Source: Planctomycetota bacterium
GTDB lineage: Bacteria > Planctomycetota > UBA1135 > UBA2386
Length of the DNA stretch: 64,000 bases
Assembly (NCBI GenBank): GCA_965223545.1
Contig: OZ245006.1
Location: 64,001 to 128,000, forward strand
Reading direction: 5' to 3'
The notes beneath the pieces were generated by a model, which saw nothing but the letters and a program-made list of their open reading frames with translations, made no database searches and had not been told where the DNA came from. This document shows, in pieces, positions 1 to 11,500 of the stretch. Numbering within the stretch: the first letter of the stretch is position 1; the number at the start of each line of letters is the position of its first letter. Made by a program: the position numbers and the translations under genes.

Positions 1-196
1 TTGTCCAGCTTGTCGCGGCGCTCATTCACGGTGCGGTCGGTCACGGCGGCGGGCGCTCCTGGCCTTCGGACTCGGGCGGACCGGCGCAGGATAGGGCCGC
101 GGTCGGCCGTTGCGAGCACAAACGGCCCGCCGCCAGGAGCCGCCGCGGCCCAAAATCGCGCGAGACTTTCACGCGACGACTCCGCACACTGTCGGC

Positions 197-1501
<1,305 letters not shown>

Positions 1502-2048
1502 CGGCGACGCCACAGCAGGCGGGGAGCCGCGCGATCGAGCAGCGCCGCACCGGCGGCGCCGACCGCGTAGCAGGCGAGGTCCGTCCACAGGAAGCCCCGA
1601 CCGAGCACGAGGGCGCCGAGTCGGGTGGCGCGCAGCGTCTCGAGCCACTCCGGTCGCCAGCATTGGCTGACCTCGACCGCCACCGCAATCAGCGCGGCGA
1701 TCGCTCCGGTCCGCGACGGCGTCATCGCCGGGCGGAGCAGCGCGACGCCCAGGTAGGCGGCGACCGCCCACAGTGCGTCGCCCGCGTAGGCGCGCACCCA
1801 GCCGTCCATCGGCCAGATCGCGGTTCGCGAGCCGAGGCCCGTGGCGATCACCAGCACGAGTGCCAGCAGGACTGCCCCGCGCGATCGGACCGTTGAACGG
1901 GGGCGGGCCATCATCCGTCGCATGCTAGCCTCAACCGTGATGACTGGCGCTGCCGCAGTGGTTTGCCTCAACCGCTGAAAGTCGACCGCCGTGGCGCGAC
2001 GATGAGGAGCCTCATCGCGGCCGAGGCCGCAAACAGACACGGAGCGTT

Positions 2049-3295
2049 ACGAACTGCAGCCCTTCCGTGGTCCGGCACGGCCGCAAGAAAGTCAGGCAGA
2101 GCTCTTCAGGAAGTTCTCGATCGGTTTTGCGTTTCGATCCAGCGGATGGCCGCTGCGCGTGCCCCAGTCCTGGCGCCAGGATAGCACCTGGTTCAGCCGC
2201 AACTTCTGGGGCAGCCAGCCAACCAGCATCGCCGGCGTGTCTCGGTCGAAGTTGAAGCGCGGTCGCGTGAAGTTGCGGTACGCGGTGTAGATGTGCAGCT
2301 GCAGGTTGAGGAAACAGCGCTTCTTGCTGACCAGCCAGGACTCGCGCCGCAGACGACCGTTGAGGTCGCGCGCCATTGCCTCGGTATGGTTGATCGCGAA
2401 CAGCGGGTTCCAGGTCTCGCGCGGCAGCGTGCTTGGTGTTCGCCGGTGCTCGAGCCGCGCGCCGAAAATGCCCCTCGCGAGTCCTGAGTAGGTCGTTTTC
2501 TCGTCCGTTTCGAGCAACACGGTGGTCAACCGAGTGCAAGCGCGCGCGCCCCGGCACAGCGCATTGCGCGTTGCCGCGCGCGACCGCGACGGCCGCCGGC
2601 CAAACCGCCGCGCGTCGGCCTCTATCGCTCGCCGGCGCGCAGCCGGTTTGGGGCCACCGGGGCGGATCGGGGCCGACCGCGCTGCGAGGATGAAGCGGCT
2701 CCCGCGCTCGATCAAGACAGGCAGCGTCAGGGGCCGCGTGTTGCGGCGGCCCTCGTAGCTCTCGAGTTCGTCGAACTGCAAGCTCGAGCCCACCGGGAGG
2801 TCGCCCCGTAAGTTGTTGTTCAGGCGGCGGACGTGACGACCGATCTTGCGGAACTTCATCTCGGTGTTGCGCGCCGTGAGCCCGGCCAGGCGTGCGGTCT
2901 GTCGCAGGCCCAGGCCACAGCAGAGCAACATGACGATCCAGGCGTTGCGGTCGGGCTTGTGGTCGCGGTAATCCATGCGGAACGTCTGCCGCGAGAAGCC
3001 CTGCCGGCAATGGCGGCAGCGGAAGCGCGGCACGCCTTGGGCGCGGCACTTGGGGTAGTAGTAGCCACGGCGTACGAAGAAGCCGGGCCGCGGGCTGCGG
3101 TTGTGCGGGCAAGCTGAGTTGGGGCAACGCGGGGGAACGAACATCGGCGACCTCCGAGACACAACGCGGGGGGGACCAAAAGGGCACCGTTGCGCAGTTG
3201 GCCCTGCGTCACTTCCAGTGACTCGGAAGAGGGCTCCGGTTACGTCTCGGTCAGCGTCTCTCAGCTAGCCAGGCCCACGGAAGGGCTGCAGTTCT
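2049..3295. mobile_element. Complete insertion sequence, IS1/IS1595-superfamily-like (about 1.25 kb)
   Basis: Perfect 20-bp inverted repeats GAACTGCAGCCCTTCCGTGG (2051-2070) and its reverse complement (3275-3294). Flanking direct repeat GGAGCGTT at 2041-2048 and 3296-3303. Single transposase ORF inside. Confidence 0.88.
2092..3144 (-). CDS. Transposase (N-terminal Zn ribbon, HTH, DDE-like catalytic domain)
   Basis: CPNSAC...CRHC zinc ribbon, GLRQTARL HTH, acidic motifs FDELE / TDEK / NHTE, and C-terminal TPAM..G. Lies between the IRs. Confidence 0.85.
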   Translation of the reverse strand: MFVPPRCPNSACPHNRSPRPGFFVRRGYYYPKCRAQGVPRFRCRHCRQGFSRQTFRMDYRDHKPDRNAWIVMLLCCGLGLRQTARLAGLTARNTEMKFRKIGRHVRRLNNNLRGDLPVGSSLQFDELESYEGRRNTRPLTLPVLIERGSRFILAARSAPIRPGGPKPAARRRAIEADARRFGRRPSRSRAATRNALCRGARACTRLTTVLLETDEKTTYSGLARGIFGARLEHRRTPSTLPRETWNPLFAINHTEAMARDLNGRLRRESWLVSKKRCFLNLQLHIYTAYRNFTRPRFNFDRDTPAMLVGWLPQKLRLNQVLSWRQDWGTRSGHPLDRNAKPIENFLKSSA

Positions 3296-3468
3296 GGAGC
3301 GTTCCGCGACCCGAGCGTCGGTCGCGGGTCCCGGGTCGCCGACGGCCGCGCTGAGCCCAGAGGCCAGTGTTGCTTTCGAGCCTCCGGGAGCTGCGTTGTC
3401 GAAGTTCCAGGGGCATCGTGCCTTCCGAAAGGTTGTCGCCGCGCGAAGATTTGCGGACCCTGAGGCCT

Positions 3469-4362
3469 ATGGAGATCCGCAAGGTAGGTGTCGTCGGCTG
3501 TGGCCTGATGGGCCACGGCATCGCTCAGGTTGCCGCCGAGGCCGGCTGCGAAGTTGTGGTCTACGAGAGTGATGGCGACGCACTCGACCGCGGCCTACGC
3601 AGGATCGAGGACAGTTTGGCGAAGCTGTCCGCGAAGCGCGTTGCGGCCGGCAAGCTGGATGCCGCCGCCGCCGAGCAGGCGGTCGCGGCGACGCGCGGGC
3701 GCTTGCAAGGCGCGCTCGACCTCGACCGCCTGGCCGACCGCGAGTTGGTCATCGAGGCCATCGTCGAGGACCTCGACGCCAAGCGCAGCCTGTTTGCCGA
3801 GCTCGATCGCCGCTGTGACAACGGCACGATCCTCGCGTCCAACACGTCGTCGTTCGCCATCGGCGACTTGGCGACCGCGACCGGCCGCGCCGACCGGGTG
3901 CTCGGGCTGCACTTCTTCAACCCGGTCCAGCTGATGCGGCTGGTCGAAGTGATCCGCACCGAGCAGACGGGGGCGGCTGCATTCGACGCGGTCATGGCGT
4001 TTGCCACTGCGTGCGGCAAGACCCCCGTCGCCTGCCGGGACACGCCCGGGTTCATCGTCAACCGGCTGCTGGTGCCGTTCATGGTGCAGGCTCTGCTGAT
4101 GGTGGAGCGCGGCGACGCGACGCTGGAGGACGTCGACCGCGCCATGCAGCTCGGTTGTGGCCACCCGATGGGACCGATCACGTTGGCGGACTACGTCGGC
4201 CTCGACACCACCTTGGCCATCCTGCGCGGTTGGTGCGCGCGCTATCCGGACGAGCCCGCGTTCGTCGTCCCGCAGCTACTGGTGGAAAAGGTCGAGGCGG
4301 GACACCTCGGGCGCAAGACCGGCCGCGGCTTCTTCGACTGGCAGGGCGACAAGCGCAGCTGA
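3469..4362 (+). CDS. 3-hydroxyacyl(butyryl)-CoA dehydrogenase
   Basis: VGVVGCGLMGHGIAQV Rossmann motif, ASNTSS, GLHFFNPV, DTPGFIVNRLL, GHPMGP, LGRKTGRGFF. Confidence 0.95.
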   Translation: MEIRKVGVVGCGLMGHGIAQVAAEAGCEVVVYESDGDALDRGLRRIEDSLAKLSAKRVAAGKLDAAAAEQAVAATRGRLQGALDLDRLADRELVIEAIVEDLDAKRSLFAELDRRCDNGTILASNTSSFAIGDLATATGRADRVLGLHFFNPVQLMRLVEVIRTEQTGAAAFDAVMAFATACGKTPVACRDTPGFIVNRLLVPFMVQALLMVERGDATLEDVDRAMQLGCGHPMGPITLADYVGLDTTLAILRGWCARYPDEPAFVVPQLLVEKVEAGHLGRKTGRGFFDWQGDKRS

Positions 4363-4452
4363 CCGACTGGTCAGGTTCGGCGGGGGCCGGGACGACAGAG
4401 AGTCGGCACCACGAAGAAAGCGAAGAACACGAATGCCGCCCTGGACGACGCT

Positions 4453-5271
4453 TCAGCGGCGCAGGGGCCGGTAGAGCAGGAAGGTGACGTCGTCGGGCTT
4501 GCCCGGGTGGGCGCCAGACTCGCCGGCCATGCGTGCACGGCACATCGACGCCAATTGCTCCACGGCGGCGAGCAACGGCCCCTTGCGCACGGTGGCGACG
4601 ATCTCCTCGATGCGCAGATTGTCGAACACCCCGTCGCTGGCCAGCACCAGCGTGTCGTGCACCGCGAGCGACAGGGTGGGGCCGATCTCGATCTTCATTG
4701 CCGCCGAACCGACGACGTTGGAGACGACGTGACGATCGTCGTGGCCGAGCGCCTCGTCCTCGTTGAGCAGGCCGGCCTCGATGGCGTAGCCGGTGGGTGA
4801 ATGCGCGATGGTCTGGTGCTTGATGCGTCCGCGCTGGCCGGTGAGCACCACCGCCGAGTCGCCGACGTGGTAGGTCCGGCATTGGCCCGCGTCGATCTCG
4901 GCTACCGCCAGAGTCGTCGCCGCGCCGGACGCCGCGCGCGGCACGCTGGCATTGGCCGCCTCGAAGCCGTCGAGGATCGACTCGCGCAGCGAGTCAGAGG
5001 GCGGGTCCTCGGTGCGCAGCGCTTTGCGCAGCGCGCCGAGGGCCCGGCCGGCGGCGGCGTCGCCCGCCGGGCCTCCACCCATGCCATCGGCCACGGCCAG
5101 CACCGCCCGCGTCGGCCCCAAGCCGACGATCAGAGCGGCGTCCTCATTGGGTCCCGTCCGATCCGGCGAGCGCGCCGAGAACACTCCGACCTCTCCACCG
5201 GCGACCGGCAGGACCTCGCCCTGGCTCATGTCACTCCGCTGAATGCAGACGGGATCGGGTAGCGCGGTCAT
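4453..5271 (-). CDS. PP2C/PPM-family protein Ser/Thr phosphatase
   Basis: NEDA, AVADGMGG, HVGDS, LASDGVFD, DDVT motifs. ATG overlaps the kinase stop (ATGA). Confidence 0.92.
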   Translation of the reverse strand: MTALPDPVCIQRSDMSQGEVLPVAGGEVGVFSARSPDRTGPNEDAALIVGLGPTRAVLAVADGMGGGPAGDAAAGRALGALRKALRTEDPPSDSLRESILDGFEAANASVPRAASGAATTLAVAEIDAGQCRTYHVGDSAVVLTGQRGRIKHQTIAHSPTGYAIEAGLLNEDEALGHDDRHVVSNVVGSAAMKIEIGPTLSLAVHDTLVLASDGVFDNLRIEEIVATVRKGPLLAAVEQLASMCRARMAGESGAHPGKPDDVTFLLYRPLRR

Positions 5272-6602
5272 GGCTTGTGCAGTGCGTGGGCGCACCAGGG
5301 ACAGTGCTCCCAGTAGCGCGGAAACACCGACCAGCCGCAGCGGCGACAGCGCTCGGCGTCCACCTCGGGCCGGACGGGCTTGCGCACCTTTCTTCGGCAC
5401 CAAGGGCAGTAGCGGCTGAAGGGCATCAGCGGTCCCCGGCACGCGGCGTGGGCGCAACGGCCGGTGTAGCGCTTGTCCGAGTAGTGCCGCCCGGCGACCT
5501 CCTCGAAGCCGGCGCCGTGGCACCAGGCGCAGAAGCGCCAGTCCAGCTTGCGGCCGCGGCGGCAGCGCGGGCACTCGGCCGGCATCTTCGTGCTGCCGCG
5601 GGTGAAGCTCAGCGTTGCCGCGCACCACGGGCAGTGGGACATCGGCTCGGCGACCGGCCCCTCGCACTTGCGACAATGGTGGTGCGCCTGGAGCGCGGCG
5701 CCGAGCTCCCGGCGGAACTGGCGAAAGCGCACCTCGCGCCAGTCCGCAACTTGTGCGGCGTGATTCGTCCGCCGCCGCCGGCGGCCGGCGATGAAGCGAC
5801 GCACGCGCGGCAACACGCGCCGGTAGGCGGCCAGCATTTCGCCGCCGTCGCGGAAGCGGCGGGCGGGCTCCACCGACAGCGCGCGCCGCAGCAGCTGGAC
5901 GAACTCCTCGGGGACTTTGCGGCGCACGCGGTCGTGGCCCGGCGGCGGCCAGCGGAACGGCCACTCCGGCAGCTCGCCGCTGAGCATCTGATAGAAGATC
6001 AGCCCCAGCGAGAACACGTCGGCGCGAAACGACGTGCGGCCCATCGCCTGCTCGGGGGCGACGTAGCCCACCGTGCCCGATCCCGACCCGAGGACCGTGC
6101 GCCGCGCCAGCCGAGAGATGCTGAAGTCGGTCAGTCGGATTCGCTGGTTGTCGAACAGGATGAAGTTGTCCGGCTTGAGATCGCAGTGGATCACGCCGTT
6201 GGCATGCGCGTGCGCCACCGCCTCCAGCATCTGCTCGGCGAGGGTGGTGAAGGTCTCGACGCCCATCCGGCGCCGGATGCGCTCGCCGAGCGACTCGACT
6301 CCCAGCGGGTAGGCGATCACCAGCCGCCCGTCGATGACGTCCGCGGTCTTGAGCTGCAGGATCGCGGGATGGTCGAGGCCGGCGTGCAAGCGCACTTCCT
6401 TGCGGAACAGGCGCATCGCGCTCGGGGTCATCCAGTCGGCGCGCGGCACTTTCAGGGCGACGTGCACGCCTTCGACGGTGTCCGCCGCCTCGTAGACCGT
6501 GGCGAAGCCCCCCTGGGCCAAGCGCTTGACGACGCGGTACTTGCCCAACCTGCGCTTCTTGCCGAGGGGGGCCGTGGTCTCCGAAATGGGCGTCGTGTCC
6601 AA
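5268..6602 (-). CDS. Ser/Thr protein kinase with four C-terminal zinc ribbons
   Basis: LAQGGFATVY, VALK, HCDLKPDN, DFS, GTVGYVAPEQ, DVFSLG. C-terminus has eight Cys pairs (CRKC/CPWC, CPRC/CAWC, CAHAAC/CPWC, CRRC/CPWC). Start uncertain (TTG 6602). Confidence 0.9.
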   Translation of the reverse strand: MDTTPISETTAPLGKKRRLGKYRVVKRLAQGGFATVYEAADTVEGVHVALKVPRADWMTPSAMRLFRKEVRLHAGLDHPAILQLKTADVIDGRLVIAYPLGVESLGERIRRRMGVETFTTLAEQMLEAVAHAHANGVIHCDLKPDNFILFDNQRIRLTDFSISRLARRTVLGSGSGTVGYVAPEQAMGRTSFRADVFSLGLIFYQMLSGELPEWPFRWPPPGHDRVRRKVPEEFVQLLRRALSVEPARRFRDGGEMLAAYRRVLPRVRRFIAGRRRRRTNHAAQVADWREVRFRQFRRELGAALQAHHHCRKCEGPVAEPMSHCPWCAATLSFTRGSTKMPAECPRCRRGRKLDWRFCAWCHGAGFEEVAGRHYSDKRYTGRCAHAACRGPLMPFSRYCPWCRRKVRKPVRPEVDAERCRRCGWSVFPRYWEHCPWCAHALHKP

Positions 6603-6713
6603 GCACGGCAGATTGCAGCGGTGCGGGCGGCCGGGTGCAACGCCGGGCCCCAGAACCCCGCTGGTGCAAGGTCGCACCCCGGGCAGCGCGGACCCGAGCT
6701 ACCATGGGCCGTC

Positions 6714-8000
6714 GTGTTCGATTCCCGTCGCCTCTTCGGCGTGGCCCTGTGCTGCGCCACCGCGTCGCCGATGGCGCCGGCGCAGGAGCCGGAGGCGGCA
6801 CCGCTCGAAGAACGCGTCGCGGCCGCCCTCGACCGCGCCCGACCGCACATGGAGGTGCAGGCGCTGACCGTGACGCACGCGGGGCGCCTCGGCCTGCTGG
6901 CGCTGGCGATGCTGCACGACCGCTGGCCCGCCGACAACGCCCACCTGCAGCGCACGATCGACAAGCTGGCCGCGGCGGTGCCGCCGAGCACCTACGGCCT
7001 CTCGCTGCGCCTCATGGTGATCGCCGAGCACCCGGGCTATCCCGACCGCCGCGCGGCGGCGCGCCGCGATCTGGCCGCGCTGCTGCGGCACCAGACCAGC
7101 GCCGGCGGCTTTGGCTACACGCCGGGTGCGATCGAGTGGGACTTGTCCAACACGCAGTACGCCGCGCTCGGCCTGCGCGCCGCGCATGCCACCGGTGCGG
7201 CGGTCGACGCCGCGGTCTGGAAGCGGCTGCTCGGCGCGATGCGCTGGGTGCAGGCCCGCTCGGGAGGCTTTGGCTACGCACCGACCGTGCGCACACCCAG
7301 CGCGTCGATGACGGTCGCGGGCATCGCGGTGTTGGAGATCTGCCGGCAGCATCTCGCCGACCTTCCCCGCGGCGCCAAGGTCGAGGACCGGTTGGCGGCG
7401 GCCTGGCGGTGGATGGAGCGCAACCAGGAACTGATCGGCCGCGAGGGACAGAAGCACCTGCACTATTGGCACTACGGCCTGGAGCGGGCCGCGATCCTGG
7501 CGGAGGTCGAACGAGTCGGCGAGGTCGACTGGTATCGCGCCGGCGCCGAGATGCTGCTGGGTCTGGAGCGCAAGACCGGTGGCTGGGCCGACGTGGTCCG
7601 CCGCGCGTCCCTGCGACACGACCCGGGTGCGGAGGTGGTCGCGACCTCGTTCGCGGTGCTCTTCCTGCGCCGCGCGTTCCGCCGCGAGACCGGGCCGGTG
7701 ACGCTGCGCGGCGGCTACCTCACCCGAGGCCTGCCGGCGGACGCGAGCCCCGCGCAGATCGAGCGCGCGGTGGAACTCGACGTCGCGCGCGGCACGCAAG
7801 CCATCCCGGAGCTGGTCAAGGCGCTGCGCAGTCCGCTGCGCAGCCGGCGCGAGGCCGCGTCCCAGGCGCTGCGGGCGCTGGGGAAACCGGCGCACGGATA
7901 TGACCCGGGCCTCGCCCCCGCCGCGCAGGGCGAGGCCATCGTCGCGGCCGAGCGGTGGTGGCTGCTCGAGGTGCGGCCGCGCACATTGGGGGGCGGTTGA
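6714..8000 (+). CDS. Secreted prenyltransferase/squalene-oxidase-repeat (alpha-alpha toroid) protein with C-terminal HEAT-like segment
   Basis: Q...GGFGY repeats, WDLSNTQYAALGL, SMTVAG, YWHYGLER, DWYRAGA..L, TSFAVLFL. Signal-like N-terminus; start uncertain. Confidence 0.75.
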   Translation: MFDSRRLFGVALCCATASPMAPAQEPEAAPLEERVAAALDRARPHMEVQALTVTHAGRLGLLALAMLHDRWPADNAHLQRTIDKLAAAVPPSTYGLSLRLMVIAEHPGYPDRRAAARRDLAALLRHQTSAGGFGYTPGAIEWDLSNTQYAALGLRAAHATGAAVDAAVWKRLLGAMRWVQARSGGFGYAPTVRTPSASMTVAGIAVLEICRQHLADLPRGAKVEDRLAAAWRWMERNQELIGREGQKHLHYWHYGLERAAILAEVERVGEVDWYRAGAEMLLGLERKTGGWADVVRRASLRHDPGAEVVATSFAVLFLRRAFRRETGPVTLRGGYLTRGLPADASPAQIERAVELDVARGTQAIPELVKALRSPLRSRREAASQALRALGKPAHGYDPGLAPAAQGEAIVAAERWWLLEVRPRTLGGG

Positions 8001-8118
8001 CGTTGCCGCGGTGGCCACTATGGTCAGACCGCTCACGCCGATCGTTGCGCTCATCCGTATGCTGAACCATTTGGCAACGCCCTTCGTTTCCACAAGTGCC
8101 GCGATAAAATCTCGCGGC

Positions 8119-8481
8119 ATGTCTCAGCCAGGTGTGGCATTCGTCATCGAGCAGCTCCGCTTGCGGCCGGATGCCACTTTGGAGGACCTCCGCGCGCGCG
8201 CCGCCATCGAGGGGCGGCGGGTCCAGGCGGAGACCTACCGGCGCGCGCGCATCGAGCTGGGACTCGACCCGCCGAGCTCGAGCCTGCCGGCCCCGCCGCC
8301 GGTTGTGCCTGCCGCCGCGCCGGTTGCGACGATGCGGCAGCGGGAGCGCGCACCGGAACCCGCCGGCGACCTCGATCCGCTGACGGCCGCAGTGCGCGCC
8401 TTGGTGCAGGACCGCGATCGCTGCCGCGCCGCCCTCGAGCGCATGCGCGACGTGGTCCGCGCGGCCTTGCGGGCCGACTGA
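8119..8481 (+). CDS. Hypothetical protein (small helical N-domain, Pro-rich linker, coiled coil)
   Basis: Coding-like codon usage. TAAAAT box 8 nt upstream of the ATG. Confidence 0.65.
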   Translation: MSQPGVAFVIEQLRLRPDATLEDLRARAAIEGRRVQAETYRRARIELGLDPPSSSLPAPPPVVPAAAPVATMRQRERAPEPAGDLDPLTAAVRALVQDRDRCRAALERMRDVVRAALRAD

Positions 8482-8522
8482 ACCGAGACTGCGGTTGCAC
8501 CGCCGCTCGCTTGCGGCGAGCC

Positions 8523-8547
8523 GGAACCGAATCCGGCAGGGACCGTC
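8523..8547 (+). promoter_or_regulatory. Candidate ECF-sigma promoter GGAAC-N16-CGTC
   Basis: GGAAC 8523-8527 and CGTC 8544-8547, upstream of the large lipoprotein gene. Confidence 0.4.
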
Positions 8548-8595
8548 GTGCAGTCGCGCTACATTGCGGGCTTCCTCGTAAGCCCCCTGCCCGAT

Positions 8596-11500
8596 ATGCG
8601 CGCCACTCCAACTTCGGTCCTTCTCGCCGTGTCGATGTCCTTTGCCTTCGCGGCGTGCTCCGGGGGAGGCGGCGGCGGCACCCCCGCGCCGCGGCCGATC
8701 CAGCTCGGCGACGCGCAGGTCGGGCTCACCTCGCCGCAGGACGGCGAGGACGGGGTGGCGATCACCCGCGAGACGATTGTGCGCTTCACGGCACCGATCG
8801 ACCCGAGCACCGCCGACGACCAGTCGTTGTTCGCGACGGTCGCCGGGGCGCGGCTGCCGGCGCGCATCCACGTCGCCGCCGATCGGCGCGCCGCGACTCT
8901 GTTCTACACCGACCCGCAAGGCTTGCCGGCCGGCGCGCGCGTTCGCGTCACCGTCGACGGCGATCGCCTGCGCTCGGCCAACGGTGCTCCCGCCGATGCC
9001 GATGGGGACGGCATCACCGGCGGAATCGGCGGGTTCGAGTTCGCCACCCTCGACTTGACTGTGGTGCCGGGCACCGAGGTCTGCGGCCGCGTGCTGGCTT
9101 CGGACTTCCAGAGCGGGGTGCCGCTCGCGCCCTTGCCAGGAGTGACCGTCTCGGTCGACGGCCTTCCCGGCGCAGTGACGCGCACGGACCGCTTTGGCAA
9201 CTTCTGCTTGCGGGAGATTCCTGCAGGGCGGGTGTTCGTGCACATCGACGGCACGACGAGCACGGCGAATCCGCCGGGCTTCTACTTCCCATCGGTGGGG
9301 AAGGCTTGGGAGACCGTTGCCGGGCAACGCACTGTGGTCGGCACCGTGCATTTGCCAGCGATCGCCGAAGGCGGCCTCACCCAGGTCTCCAACAACAGCA
9401 ACACGTCGGTGTCGATCTCGTCCGCGCAGCTGCAGACGATCACCGACCCGGCGCTGCAACAGGCCTTGGCACAAGTCGTCGTCGACGTGCCGGCAGGCAG
9501 CTTGTTCAACGGCGCCAGCGGCACGCGCGGCGGCTCCGTCGGCCTCGCACCGGTGCCGAGCAACCGGCTTCCCGGGACGCTTCCGCCCGGCCTCGACCTG
9601 CCGCTCGTGATCACCGTCCAAGTGCGCGGGGGCACCGACTTCGACGAGCCCGTGCCGGTCGCGTTCCCCAACCTGGCGCCGGCGGGTGGTCAGCCGCTGC
9701 CGGCGGGGGCGAAGAGCGCGCTCTGGAGCTTCAACCACGACACCGGCCGCTTCGAGGTCGTCGGGCCGATGACCGTCAGCCAGGATGGCAAGACGATCGT
9801 CACCGACCCGGGCGTCGGTATCCGGGCACCGGGCTGGCACGGCACGCAGGCGGGCTCGGGTGGTTCGGGCTCGCCGCCCAGCGGGCCAGGCCCCAACCCG
9901 TGCACACCGTCGTTCTGGGACGTGACCAAGACCGTATACGCCGTCGCCGGGAGCTTGGCGGACTGTGCCAAGGAGCTGCTCGGCATCAAGGCGGCGCTCA
10001 ACTGCTTTCTGAGCGCCAAGGGCTTGCTCGAGGCGATGTACGCGCAGGTCAACAACCTGATCAAGCGCCTCGAAGACGGCAATCTCACCGCCGCCGAGGC
10101 GGCTGCGATCGCCAAGGAGCTGACCAAGAAGAAGAACCAAGCGGTCGGTCTGATGGGTTGCTTCGAGAACGCCGATCCCAGTGCGCGGATCAAGCAGGTC
10201 GTGGTCTGCTCGGAGGCGGCGCTGTCGATTCTCAACGAGCTGTGCAAGCTGTTCGACAAGTGCACGACCATCTGGGGCAAAGAGCAGGCCTGCAATCTGA
10301 TCGCACTGGCTCAGGGGTTGGCCGCCGAGGCCAAGGGTCTGCTCGGCATCTTCGAGGAGTACAAGAAGAAGCTGTTGATGAACGCGTTCTGCAAGGCACT
10401 CGAGCAGGCGCTCGGCCTGCTCGAGCAGTACTTGTCGCTGCCGAGCGCGCGCACGATCGGTGCCAACCCGACGCAGGAGGAGGTGCTCGCGGCGCTCGAG
10501 GCCGCCAATGCGTGGGTGCCGCAAATCAACGCGCTCGAGCCGGAGATCGCGCGCGTCAACGCCCTGCCGGCGAGCGCGCGCAGCCTGCTGCGGCAGATGA
10601 CCGACGTCAACTCGGGCATCGTCGACAGCGCCGGCGCGCCGCGGAAGGCCGAAGTTCTGTACGCGCTCTTGATGGAGAGTGATCCGGTCTCCGCGCCGCG
10701 CCGCGGCCGCACCACCACCCTGGGCACGTTCTTCGAGATCGTGCCGGCCAACCAGGTCTACAGCTTGGCGCAGTACGACCCGGCGAACGACGAGTTCGGC
10801 ATCGCCACCGGGATCTCCAGCGGAAACGGCCAGACGACGACGTTTCACACGGTCGCGCTCGACGCGGTCGACGGGCTGCCCGACACCGACGCCGATGGAC
10901 TGGTCGATCTCGCTGAATACGTGGCGGCCACCGATCCGACCAACCCGGACACCGACGGTGACGGTGAGACCGACTTCGACGAGCTCCGCGCCGGCACCAA
11001 CCCGCTGGACGGCGTCGGTACCGCGGCGGGCACCGCGGTGGCCGCCGACACACCGGGGTTGGCGTTCGACGTGTGCCTCGACGAGGGCGTCGCGGTGGTC
11101 GCCGACCAGCAGGGCGGGATCAGCGTGTTCAACGTCTACGCCGGCCTGACACCGGAGTGGATCGCGGTGGTGGACACGCCAGCGCCGGCGCTGCGCGTGG
11201 CCTGCTCGGAAGGGCTCGCGATTGCGGCGATGGGGGCGGCGGGGGCCGCGATCGTCGACCTGCGGCAGCTGCCCGACGCGGCGATCCTGCACGAGGTCGG
11301 CGGCCGCGACATCGGGGCGGTCGACGCCGCCGCTGGTGTCGCCTACACCGCGGGCAGCGGCGGAGACGTGCGCGCTTGGGACCTGCGCAGCGGCCAGCTG
11401 CTCGCCGAAGTCTCGGTCGGCCACTCGGTCGGGGACTTGGCGGTACAAGGCGAGTACGTCTATGCGCTTGGTTCGGCGCAGCTGACGGCGGTGCACCTCG

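Noticed and set aside
1..25. Start of a minus-strand gene at the window edge
   Set aside because: Only about 8 codons are visible, which is insufficient support.
7816..11496. Long antisense/alternate-frame ORFs (this one and e.g. 53370-56345, 57765-60611, 62191-63912)
   Set aside because: Shadow ORFs of real genes in GC-rich DNA, Arg/Gly-rich with no recognisable motifs.
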